Virus record (IMG/VR): IMGVR_UViG_3300037634_005704
Location: 1-64,000 of that record
DNA from: a virus
DNA length: 64,000 nucleotides
Reading direction: 5' to 3' (one strand)
Below the pieces are notes generated by a model that was not told the origin of the DNA, made no database searches, and saw only the letters and a program-made list of their open reading frames with translations. Both the position numbers and the translations under genes were made by a program. This document shows positions 8,868 to 16,706 of this stretch, one piece after another; position 1 is the stretch's first letter, and the number at the start of each line of letters is the position of its first letter.

Positions 8868-9281
8868 ATGTTGGACCCCTATCCACCCAACAGGCAAAAG
8901 TGCCAGGACCAGAATCAATTCAGCGTAAGTGATGGGGCGACGCATAATAATGAACAGTATCCTTTCCTTAGAGAGTTTAGCGACCTTATCACTAGATTGT
9001 CCAGAAAAGAGTTAGAGCCGTTATTATCTCATCAACAAAAATTATTTGCAACAGCAATTTGGGAAGCAGAAAATTATGGAGGATCGACTAAAAAATGCCG
9101 AGATCGGCTAACAGAACTGTATGGTCCTCATTTTAAGCAAATCTTATCCAGCGAAGAACTAAGAGAACACATGACCCCTATCGAAGAATATTACAGATAC
9201 GTTCTTCGATTAGATCATAAAAGACAGTGGGATAATCAAAAAAAATTCGCTAAACTCGCTTCAAGTAAGGACTCCGAATGA
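8868..9281 (+). CDS. hypothetical protein (137 aa)
   Basis: ORF track; first gene of a plus-strand island. Confidence 0.5.
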   Translation: MLDPYPPNRQKCQDQNQFSVSDGATHNNEQYPFLREFSDLITRLSRKELEPLLSHQQKLFATAIWEAENYGGSTKKCRDRLTELYGPHFKQILSSEELREHMTPIEEYYRYVLRLDHKRQWDNQKKFAKLASSKDSE

Positions 9282-9877
9282 CAACTATCAATAAAGAAGA
9301 ATGGTTAGTCATCTTAAATCAAAACGAATATATACCAATAGAGCGTGATGCCAACCTATATCAAAGTTATAGATTCTCAGAACTCAATATAGATACAGTC
9401 ACAATAGAAAATTACAAAGATCTACTTGTTCCATCACTCTGCAAACAAATTGAGATATTTATCCCACCATCAGGAAGTTTCGAAACACCTGATCTCAGAC
9501 GATATCTAGAGCTGATTTGCAGTTACGAAACCAGTACAACTGATGCAGTGCTAGGACTCTCCTTAGCGGATCAAATTCGACTGACCTTTAGTGATATGCA
9601 AACTAGTACAATCTGTGATCGCTACCCTGAAATAAATTTGACAGAAAAACGGCGATATCGATGCGTTGCAGAGTATTTAATACGACAAGAAGAGCTAACC
9701 AAGCTTAGAGATAGTGATGGCAAACTAATCAAAAAAATCGGAAATATGCAAAAAGCTGTAGTTCTTTATCGACCGCTACCAAAACTATTAGAAACTCTAA
9801 AAAAATCTGGCTTAGGGCATCTAATTAAATCAATACCAAAAGTTGCGAATGCCCCTGTAAAAGAAGAAAAAACTTGA
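9278..9877 (+). CDS. hypothetical protein (199 aa)
   Basis: ORF track; ATGA start/stop overlap with the upstream gene. Confidence 0.6.
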   Translation: MTTINKEEWLVILNQNEYIPIERDANLYQSYRFSELNIDTVTIENYKDLLVPSLCKQIEIFIPPSGSFETPDLRRYLELICSYETSTTDAVLGLSLADQIRLTFSDMQTSTICDRYPEINLTEKRRYRCVAEYLIRQEELTKLRDSDGKLIKKIGNMQKAVVLYRPLPKLLETLKKSGLGHLIKSIPKVANAPVKEEKT

Positions 9878-9902
9878 TACACTTAATCAGATCTAATTAA
9901 TT

Positions 9903-10313
9903 ATGACTAATAGACGAAGCAAATTACTCACAAAACTATTACAAGGAGTAAAAGGAGAAGACGAAGCAAAGCTCCTAAAACTCACAATCGAGCGCATCTG
10001 CGCAGATATGTGTGAATTTTATACAAAGTTCTATGAAAAAGAAGGCCCAGGGGCCATGGTTTACGTCCCGGATGCAGAAGATGAGAAAAAAAGTATGTTT
10101 TATCTCACGGTTGATCACTTAATAAACGCTCTTAACGACTTCAATAATAGGAGTATGAGTGGTGTTGCAGAAGTAATGCAAAAAGCTATAAATCGTGCTG
10201 AACAAATCGAACCTGATAAAGAATCACTATTTATCATTCAAGATCAAGAAAAGATGCAACTTGTGCATTATAAACACGATAGTGAGGGCGCTGATTTTAT
10301 AAAAATAACGTGA
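9903..10313 (+). CDS. hypothetical protein (136 aa)
   Basis: ORF track; same-strand train. Confidence 0.6.
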   Translation: MTNRRSKLLTKLLQGVKGEDEAKLLKLTIERICADMCEFYTKFYEKEGPGAMVYVPDAEDEKKSMFYLTVDHLINALNDFNNRSMSGVAEVMQKAINRAEQIEPDKESLFIIQDQEKMQLVHYKHDSEGADFIKIT

Positions 10314-10936
10314 AAAAAAGAAAATTACGGTGGTCTGACTATAAATTCGTACTAGGACGAATAGCACACTTAAATAGTGATTGGATAACACCAGCAGACT
10401 ATCTACCTTACATTTATGCGCTATTAGGTGATGTTGACCTGGATCCCTGTTCAACACATCATGCAAATGTAGAATTCGTGCGTGCTAAGAAGATTTATAC
10501 ACTAGAAGAAGACGGATTAAACATTCAAGAACCCTGGACTGGTAAAACCTATCTATTTCCCCCTACATTTGGTCGTTGTTCTTTCAGTAAAACTCGCGGA
10601 ACGTGGAAATGGAGCTTAAGAGCTGGTGCATCAGCAAAAGCACCGTCAGTAATTTGGTTTCGACGCCTAGTAAAAGAGTGGAAACTCAGAAATATTCCTG
10701 AAGCTCTGTTTTATACGATTTACCCTGAAATGATTAGAACATGCCCTGAAATGTGGGATTTTCCAGTCTGTATTCCAGAAGATCGAGCTAATTTAATCCA
10801 TGGTAAAAAACTATTTACTTTAAAAACACCGATGTTTTGGGGTTATTTCATATATTTGCCAAATCTTGAGTTCGGTTTTGATCAAATTGAGAGATTTAAA
10901 GATATATTCTCTAATTTAGGGAAAATTATCTGTTAA
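10310..10936 (+). CDS. phage Dam-like (N6-adenine methyltransferase fold) protein with non-canonical FPPTF motif (208 aa)
   Basis: SDWITPADYLPYIYALLGDVDLDPCS...EEDGLNIQEPWTGKTYLFPPTFG fits the W.TP...fDlDPc...dGL..W.g..f.NPPY pattern, but NPPY is replaced by FPPT(F). GTGA overlap with the upstream stop. Confidence 0.55.
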   Translation: MKKRKLRWSDYKFVLGRIAHLNSDWITPADYLPYIYALLGDVDLDPCSTHHANVEFVRAKKIYTLEEDGLNIQEPWTGKTYLFPPTFGRCSFSKTRGTWKWSLRAGASAKAPSVIWFRRLVKEWKLRNIPEALFYTIYPEMIRTCPEMWDFPVCIPEDRANLIHGKKLFTLKTPMFWGYFIYLPNLEFGFDQIERFKDIFSNLGKIIC

Positions 10937-10964
10937 ATTGTATTTTTATAAGCTAAATATCGTT

Positions 10965-11273
10965 ATGACAAAAACACAGTTTGAAATCGCCAAGATATGT
11001 GACGACGTAAAGGAACTCCTTTTATATAAAAATGAGAGATATGGTGATTCTGCGTTAAATCCTTGTCGAATATTCAGTAAAGCAAGTCCTGTAGAGCAAT
11101 TACTCGTCCGAATTGACGATAAAGTCAATAGAATTCATAAAGGAGTAGGATTGCTAGATACTGACGAAGACATTATTATAGATTTAATAGGATATTTAGT
11201 ACTACTTAAAATTGGACTAAAAAATCAAAAGCAACCTTTAGAAATTCTGCCATCATGCGATACGAGGCACTAA
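10965..11273 (+). CDS. DUF1599/MazG-like all-alpha nucleotide-pyrophosphohydrolase-superfamily protein (102 aa)
   Basis: KNERYGDSALNPCRIF...LLVRIDDKVNRI...DEDIIIDLIGYLVLL fits the KN.dYG...vRl.DK..Rl...D...DliNY pattern. Start moved from the TTG at 10938 to the ATG at 10965. Confidence 0.55.
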   Translation: MTKTQFEIAKICDDVKELLLYKNERYGDSALNPCRIFSKASPVEQLLVRIDDKVNRIHKGVGLLDTDEDIIIDLIGYLVLLKIGLKNQKQPLEILPSCDTRH

Positions 11274-11321
11274 TAGAAAACTATTCTCCCAACCTTCAAT
11301 TAATAGATACATTAGAAATGT

Positions 11322-12068
11322 TCAAACATTTCGAACCGAACGCGGCGGAGATCCTAGACCACTGGGCTTTTGAGTCCAATAACGAAAAAAACGACGTAGA
11401 ACTTCCCCAGAAGGGTCCCAATCAAGCAGCTTTTTCTCAAGATATTCAATTGCTTTCAACTGATTGGGAGCCCCAGTATAAGTCTCAGGGAGATTTAGTA
11501 GGCATCTCTTCACCCGACAACGATGAGGTACTAACGTGGGAATCTCTTTATCTGCAGCGTAATAGATATCCAATTCAACACGACGTTTATCTATCATTAG
11601 ATCACCACCAGATGTCCAAAGACGATTGATATAAGGACTCCATTCTCGGATAATCTTATTCTTCCCTGAAGAAGTATTTATCAACTCCAATAAACGACAA
11701 GTCTTGAATGAAGATATTCCAATACTATGAGCGAAACTGAGTAATGCTGCTTTTCGATTAGTATTTAAAGGAACTAGAACATATTGCGCCACTAAATCAG
11801 AAAACTCTTTCAAGTCTTCTTCGAGTTGGAGGTCTATTTCTTCCTTAGTTGCCTTATCAACAGAATTAAGCCATCTTTTACCAAGCTTTTTACTTCCATA
11901 ACCAATCCGCCATATACTTTCTCCATAATCTTTATAAGAAGCATAACGACCCATACCAAGATGAGTACGAGGTAAAGTATGCTGCTTTATTAAATTAATA
12001 CCTTTTCGAGTTAGGAAAGGATGCTCTTTCCATCTAGTCTGTATTTTCCGTTTCTTATGGGACGACAA
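11322..12068 (-). CDS. GH24 (T4/lambda-type) lysozyme-like endolysin candidate (248 aa)
   Basis: RIGYGS...LEEDLKEFSDLV...LNTNRKAALLSFAHSIGISSFKTCRLLELIN fits the tiGYG...Ln.nq..ALvSf.fN.G...f..StLlk.lN pattern. Extra ~70-aa C-terminal tail. Confidence 0.65.
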   Translation of the reverse strand: MSSHKKRKIQTRWKEHPFLTRKGINLIKQHTLPRTHLGMGRYASYKDYGESIWRIGYGSKKLGKRWLNSVDKATKEEIDLQLEEDLKEFSDLVAQYVLVPLNTNRKAALLSFAHSIGISSFKTCRLLELINTSSGKNKIIREWSPYINRLWTSGGDLMIDKRRVELDIYYAADKEIPTLVPHRCRVKRCLLNLPETYTGAPNQLKAIEYLEKKLLDWDPSGEVLRRFFRYWTQKPSGLGSPPRSVRNV

Positions 12069-12438
12069 CGCTACCGCTGTAATTAACCTCAGAATAGCCG
12101 TCTAACTTTAATAAAACAACGTAATTTTTGGCTGCATTTGTCACTGTTACCCCAACTACACCCTTACCTTTACCATCACGAGCAATGTTTGTAAACTTTT
12201 TATACCCAGTAGGAGCACTTCCCCCTGTATAAGCATCTTCTTGAAAAATTTCCATAGTATTAATTCCACTACTCTTATCAAGTGTCACCTTGATATCCCC
12301 AGTACCACCAGGATTTACACGAAATCCGCGGATAGCTTCTCCGGGATTGTTTGCTGCAGTAGACCCAAGATAAGTAACCTCAGATCCGGTATCAACGCTT
12401 TGAGTATCTAGAGTGCCGTCAATAGTACGAGTAGCCAT
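12055..12438 (-). CDS. hypothetical beta-rich protein (127 aa)
   Basis: ORF track; 14-nt overlap with the downstream lysozyme gene. Confidence 0.6.
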   Translation of the reverse strand: MATRTIDGTLDTQSVDTGSEVTYLGSTAANNPGEAIRGFRVNPGGTGDIKVTLDKSSGINTMEIFQEDAYTGGSAPTGYKKFTNIARDGKGKGVVGVTVTNAAKNYVVLLKLDGYSEVNYSGSVVVP

Positions 12439-12443
12439 GGTAT

Positions 12444-12659
12444 TTAGGAAATTTGCTCCATCGTGGAAAGATTGAATTTAATGTCAGCATCTATACCATG
12501 ATCCTTTAAAATATTAAAGAACATCTGGCGATCCAGAGCTTTTTGATGAAGCATTTCAACAAATGCTTCTTCTAAAGAACTGCGATCAAGATTCTGAATT
12601 GCAAGAGAAGCAGCGTGAATTGAAAATTCTACGTCAACTGGAAGCTCTAATGCATCCAT
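12444..12659 (-). CDS. hypothetical protein (71 aa)
   Basis: ORF track; same-strand train. Confidence 0.5.
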   Translation of the reverse strand: MDALELPVDVEFSIHAASLAIQNLDRSSLEEAFVEMLHQKALDRQMFFNILKDHGIDADIKFNLSTMEQIS

Positions 12660-12684
12660 AAAAAATTAAAACCTTATATTTATA

Positions 12685-12825
12685 TTACCAGCGCTGAACT
12701 GAGGTGGCAATTATTCTTCTAGAGTAGCTCTCTCTATGCTTTTCCATAGTACGCCTGAGAAGTAACGTACTAAACCCATAACTCCCACTAAAAAGAATTG
12801 CAAAACTGAGAACAATAGCTTCCAT
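12685..12825 (-). CDS. small membrane protein candidate (46 aa)
   Basis: Below the track cutoff. Reads MEAIVLSFAILFSGSYGFSTLLLRRTMEKHRESYSRRIIATSVQRW: one TM segment plus a basic tail. The ATG lies 1 nt after the upstream stop (TGATATG). Confidence 0.35.
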   Translation of the reverse strand: MEAIVLSFAILFSGSYGFSTLLLRRTMEKHRESYSRRIIATSVQRW

Positions 12826-12826
12826 A

Positions 12827-13015
12827 TCAAGTATTAATGACTTTATCGTCCATCTTTTCTCGAACAGTATTAGGCTTCTTACCTTTTAATGCACGCTCAC
12901 CAATATTGACATCACGTTCAGTCCTATGCTCTTCCATCTCTCGACCGACTGCTATTGCTCTGTCACGTAGAAATTTATAAGGATCTCGATTAGGTGTAAC
13001 TTCTGGATCGGCCAT
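12827..13015 (-). CDS. hypothetical charged protein (62 aa)
   Basis: ORF track; same-strand train. Confidence 0.45.
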   Translation of the reverse strand: MADPEVTPNRDPYKFLRDRAIAVGREMEEHRTERDVNIGERALKGKKPNTVREKMDDKVINT

Positions 13016-13047
13016 CGTTAATCTACAAAATAAATAAACTTCCTAAC

Positions 13048-13293
13048 TTAGTTTAGCAAAGCCCCCTCTTCTTCTACCTCTTTAGCAGGATCATAATCGG
13101 CATCCTCTAAAAGTTTCAGTAAATAGTAATGAATTCGTCCTGTAACCCAACGTAAATCATCATCACTAATATCACAAATAATAGCGTCAATAGAGAGCGC
13201 ACGAGACGGGGATCGTACATGCTCAGCAAGGAGCTCAAGTGCACGATATCTGTCTTTCGTAAGTTCTCCTAACATGACATCATGAGCCCTCAA
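13048..13293 (-). CDS. hypothetical protein (81 aa)
   Basis: ORF track; 14-nt overlap with the upstream gene. Confidence 0.5.
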   Translation of the reverse strand: MRAHDVMLGELTKDRYRALELLAEHVRSPSRALSIDAIICDISDDDLRWVTGRIHYYLLKLLEDADYDPAKEVEEEGALLN

Positions 13294-13486
13294 CTACTTC
13301 TGTACTGTCATCTGTAGAAGATTCAGCCTGTTGTTGTTGAATCGTAGCAAACTCAAGAGCTCCCATAACTTTCAAGTATTGTTCTTTCGAACGAGCAATA
13401 GACAATTCTCCCTCTCTAATTTGATTTTCTAGCTGCTGTCTCTGAGTTTGTAGTTGCTCTACTAAATCAGGAGTAGTCTCGGACAT
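13280..13486 (-). CDS. hypothetical coiled-coil protein (68 aa)
   Basis: ORF track; heptad-like, Gln/Glu-rich. Confidence 0.5.
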   Translation of the reverse strand: MSETTPDLVEQLQTQRQQLENQIREGELSIARSKEQYLKVMGALEFATIQQQQAESSTDDSTEVVEGS

Positions 13487-13545
13487 AATTCAAAAATTTA
13501 TAATATCTGAATTGAGTATAACTCTTTACAGCTTGTATTGCTATA

Positions 13546-14343
13546 TTAGTGTTCTCTAAAATTAACCCAACACCAACCAGAAGCTCCTCCACTTGCAAAT
13601 AATCTTGGATTCATATTTTTAAAACTATATTGAACATTCTGTCCTGAGAACTGGCTTCTATCAGACCATAAACCATTAACTAAATCCATTTTTCCAAAAG
13701 GATCCTGAACTTGCCAATAGTCTTTACCATATCCGGTAATCGCTACAAGATGAGTCCCACGAATGGGATTAGTAACATCACCTCTAACTAATAAACTTGC
13801 AGCAACAGGGCGCCCACTATGCAATTCTTCTTGAATATCTAAAGAATCCGCAGATAAAGTAAAGTTCGCATTCATTCCAAATTCATTTAAAGTTTTCTTA
13901 TGTGCCTCTCTAGAAGACCCCTTACCATGCTTATTAAGTACTTCTAAATAATCCATAACCCCATTAATACCAGGGGTATCGAGATACTTCAAACACATAG
14001 CAAGAGTAAATACTTGACTATTATTCCATCTATTCGAGGCCTGTGGGTAATAAGGGAAACCTCTTAAGTAGATCAAATCTCTATCAATTGAATAAGGTAA
14101 TTGACGTTTCTCATCTGTTAAACCATCCCAGTGTTCATCATCAATCCACCAATCTCCTAAACCTGTTCTTAAATATGTATGATTACTATCTCGATCTAGA
14201 ACTTGACAGCGACGTATAGATCTAGCTGATAAAATTTCAGCTTTATCACCAGAAGTGAGTTCTGACACATCAATGGGTCTTTTCTTCAACCATGTTCGAC
14301 ATCGAGATATAACAGAAACCCATCCCCAATGAAGGTTAGGCAT
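13546..14343 (-). CDS. C39-like/papain-like peptidase-domain protein, possible cell-wall peptidase (265 aa)
   Basis: PYYPQ...SQVFTLAMCLKYL ... GRPVAASLL...GTHLVAITGYGKDYWQVQDPFG resembles the Peptidase_C39_2 layout (Cys region ... His ... Asp). The Cys is not at the canonical spot. Confidence 0.45.
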   Translation of the reverse strand: MPNLHWGWVSVISRCRTWLKKRPIDVSELTSGDKAEILSARSIRRCQVLDRDSNHTYLRTGLGDWWIDDEHWDGLTDEKRQLPYSIDRDLIYLRGFPYYPQASNRWNNSQVFTLAMCLKYLDTPGINGVMDYLEVLNKHGKGSSREAHKKTLNEFGMNANFTLSADSLDIQEELHSGRPVAASLLVRGDVTNPIRGTHLVAITGYGKDYWQVQDPFGKMDLVNGLWSDRSQFSGQNVQYSFKNMNPRLFASGGASGWCWVNFREH

Positions 14344-14379
14344 GGAAAATTTTAATACTGCTCACATACTACAACATTG

Positions 14380-14838
14380 CTACATAGTGTACGTAGTTTT
14401 TTCTGAAGGATCTTCAGCCTTAATTACTAATGGAGCCTGCTCAATCCTAATAGTTTGTACAGCAGAATTTGCTGCAGCTTTTTCAATCATCTGCTCCATA
14501 TCTTTCTTACTAACTTGGCCATTACTATCACCATTCATTTTCATCGTGCCATCACCCTTTTTAGAGGCTGTAGCAATCCCAAAAGACGCCAAAACTCCCG
14601 TGAACACTGAAGCTATGAAGGTTGGATCTATCTTCTGTTGAGGAACTCCTGGAATAGCAACGTAATTTAAAGTTAATATTCCTCCGCTCCAAACCAATAC
14701 TCCAATTCTGACCATTGTGGAGATGATTGCAGCCTGTTCTTCCTGATCAGGTAATAGTGCATCTTTGACTTTGCCAAGCACACTTTTCTTTTTAGGAGAA
14801 TCCTTTTTCTTAGGATCCTCAATCACATTTTCAGACAT
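14380..14838 (-). CDS. two-TM membrane protein, holin candidate (152 aa)
   Basis: Charged N-terminus, TM segments AAIISTMVRIGVLVWSGGILTL and PTFIASVFTGVLASFGIATA. Sits immediately upstream of the peptidase-like gene. Confidence 0.45.
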   Translation of the reverse strand: MSENVIEDPKKKDSPKKKSVLGKVKDALLPDQEEQAAIISTMVRIGVLVWSGGILTLNYVAIPGVPQQKIDPTFIASVFTGVLASFGIATASKKGDGTMKMNGDSNGQVSKKDMEQMIEKAAANSAVQTIRIEQAPLVIKAEDPSEKTTYTM

Positions 14839-14909
14839 CGTATAGTAGCAATACGTATTAAGTTTACCCTCAGGTAAACTTATATTGAATTGAGATATTA
14901 ACTGCCACT

Positions 14910-15422
14910 ATGTGGAAACTTCTACCGTTTTTAATATTACTTATTTCACCAACTGCAAAAGCAGATCTGGTTCACCGCCTATCAACGAGTACTCAGCTCA
15001 CAGTTAATGGAGCAGCAACCGTTGCAGACCGTGTAGGAAGTACATATACAGTGTCGGGTTCCAACATAAAAGTAGGCGCCGGAAATAGTGATGTATTTGG
15101 AGGCTTAACAGCTGGTAGTGCAACAACAGCAGCAACTATGAAAGCAGGAACTTATGATGTAAATACCGCAGGATCTGCATTCAGTTTTTCTGAATCATGG
15201 ACCCAAGGTGATGCTGTACCAGCAATAGGAGCTGGTGTTGATGTTACTACTGGAGTCGTCACAGATATGCCAGCATTCGGATCAACAACAACACAATCTG
15301 GTGGTGTTGCTGGTTCTTTAGCAGGTACAGTTACGTCCGCTGGAATTGTTACTCTAACTGCAGGAGGTGCAGGCACAACAGCAACAGGACAATTCGTTAG
15401 TGAAATAACTGTCGGAGATTAA
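14910..15422 (+). CDS. secreted Thr/Gly/Ala-rich protein P1 (170 aa)
   Basis: Signal peptide MWKLLPFLILLISPTAKA|DL. Paralogous to P2 (STYTVSGSNI vs WQYTVTGTNV; SAFSFSESWTQG vs NSFQFTESYQAPG). Confidence 0.65.
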   Translation: MWKLLPFLILLISPTAKADLVHRLSTSTQLTVNGAATVADRVGSTYTVSGSNIKVGAGNSDVFGGLTAGSATTAATMKAGTYDVNTAGSAFSFSESWTQGDAVPAIGAGVDVTTGVVTDMPAFGSTTTQSGGVAGSLAGTVTSAGIVTLTAGGAGTTATGQFVSEITVGD

Positions 15423-15429
15423 AAAGATC

Positions 15430-15861
15430 ATGAAACAGCTATTAACGCTGTTATTTTTTATATTTATACCAAAAGCTTCAGCAATTCCGGTGGTGCCTAA
15501 TTTCACCCAAGGAAGTATGACATCCCATACAGAAACAACATCCAAAGTAACTGAGACGATAAACTCAATGGATTACGCAACTGGATGGCAGTATACTGTA
15601 ACTGGCACAAATGTCGATCACTCAGGATCAACTATTTCGCCTACGTCAACAACTGGTAATACCAATACTCTGCAAGGTGTCACAACAACATGGTCGGGCT
15701 TGGATCTATCAAACAAACCAAATTGGAACATGGTAGTTCCTGGCAACAGTTTTCAATTTACAGAATCATATCAAGCTCCAGGTTTAGTCAATCAAACAAT
15801 AATCCAACGAGAAACAGAAATAAGAAGTGTCACCGATACAACCTCTGTCTTCTCCAACTAA
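15430..15861 (+). CDS. secreted Thr/Ser-rich protein P2 (143 aa)
   Basis: Signal peptide MKQLLTLLFFIFIPKASA|IP; paralogue of P1. Confidence 0.65.
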   Translation: MKQLLTLLFFIFIPKASAIPVVPNFTQGSMTSHTETTSKVTETINSMDYATGWQYTVTGTNVDHSGSTISPTSTTGNTNTLQGVTTTWSGLDLSNKPNWNMVVPGNSFQFTESYQAPGLVNQTIIQRETEIRSVTDTTSVFSN

Positions 15862-16706
15862 AATATCTTTTTATAACACTTTTAAATACAATAATATTTA
15901 CACCAACAATGGCTTTGGCAACTGATGTTGGAGGAGTATCAGCAACTGCAAATCCGGTCGCAAACTCCTCAGGAAGCGTTACTAATCAAGCTATACAAGT
16001 TCTACAAGGTCCATATATAACTAATACTTATGGAGATGGAATCAGTTGTCAGGGTCCTACCCTCAACATCACGCCCTTCTTAGCTGATAGTAAATCTTGG
16101 CAGATTCCTAAGGAAGAATATTATGATCAACCTGTCTATGACATGACAACTGATGATGATGGGAACTTAAAAAATCCAGGAGATATTGTTTATTACGTAC
16201 CTACTAGAACTGGTCAAAAAGATACTTTTAACTTTAATTGGGGAATATCAGCAACTATAGCTGTCCCATTAGATGAGCAATTACAAGATCAATGTAAACA
16301 ATCTGCAAACAGTCAAATATCCTACAGAAATCAATTAGTAGCAAATAAAAGATTAGATTTTGAATTAGCCAGGCTTAAAAATTGTGGGGACTTAATGAAA
16401 GAAGGAATTCAATTCCATCCGAAATCACAATATGCAGCTATCTGTGCAGACGTAATGCTGACACCTATCCCTGGGAAAGTTACACCTCATATACACTCTA
16501 TTTCCGCATTGCCCGACGAAGCTCCATCACTGCCCGATTCCGAGATCTCTGAGCAAGAATCCGCTCCCTCAGAGAAAGTTCCTTCGGCTCCTTCCCAAGG
16601 ATTTTTTGGATTTTTCCGATCACTTTTTTCACGGCAGGCTTCACAACCTTTAGAAGAAGATCAGCCAGAGGTTTTGCTAGGAGGGCCGATGTCGTTGCCA
16701 CAGTAG
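15690..16706 (+). CDS. exported/membrane-anchored protein P3 (338 aa from ATG 15690; 266 aa from ATG 15909)
   Basis: The hydrophobic signal-like stretch LCLLQLKYLFITLLNTIIFTPTMALA|TD lies upstream of the ATG at 15909. The only upstream canonical start is the ATG at 15690, which overlaps P2 by 172 nt. Mature part has 6 Cys. Confidence 0.5.
   Translation: MVGLGSIKQTKLEHGSSWQQFSIYRIISSSRFSQSNNNPTRNRNKKCHRYNLCLLQLKYLFITLLNTIIFTPTMALATDVGGVSATANPVANSSGSVTNQAIQVLQGPYITNTYGDGISCQGPTLNITPFLADSKSWQIPKEEYYDQPVYDMTTDDDGNLKNPGDIVYYVPTRTGQKDTFNFNWGISATIAVPLDEQLQDQCKQSANSQISYRNQLVANKRLDFELARLKNCGDLMKEGIQFHPKSQYAAICADVMLTPIPGKVTPHIHSISALPDEAPSLPDSEISEQESAPSEKVPSAPSQGFFGFFRSLFSRQASQPLEEDQPEVLLGGPMSLPQ

Noticed and set aside
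11255-11629. 124-aa plus-strand ORF at the end of the 8.9-11.3 kb island.
   Set aside because: It overlaps the lysozyme-like gene by 308 nt on the opposite strand, including ~85 nt of the recognisable GH24 core. It is more likely a chance frame, although its acidic composition resembles real early proteins.
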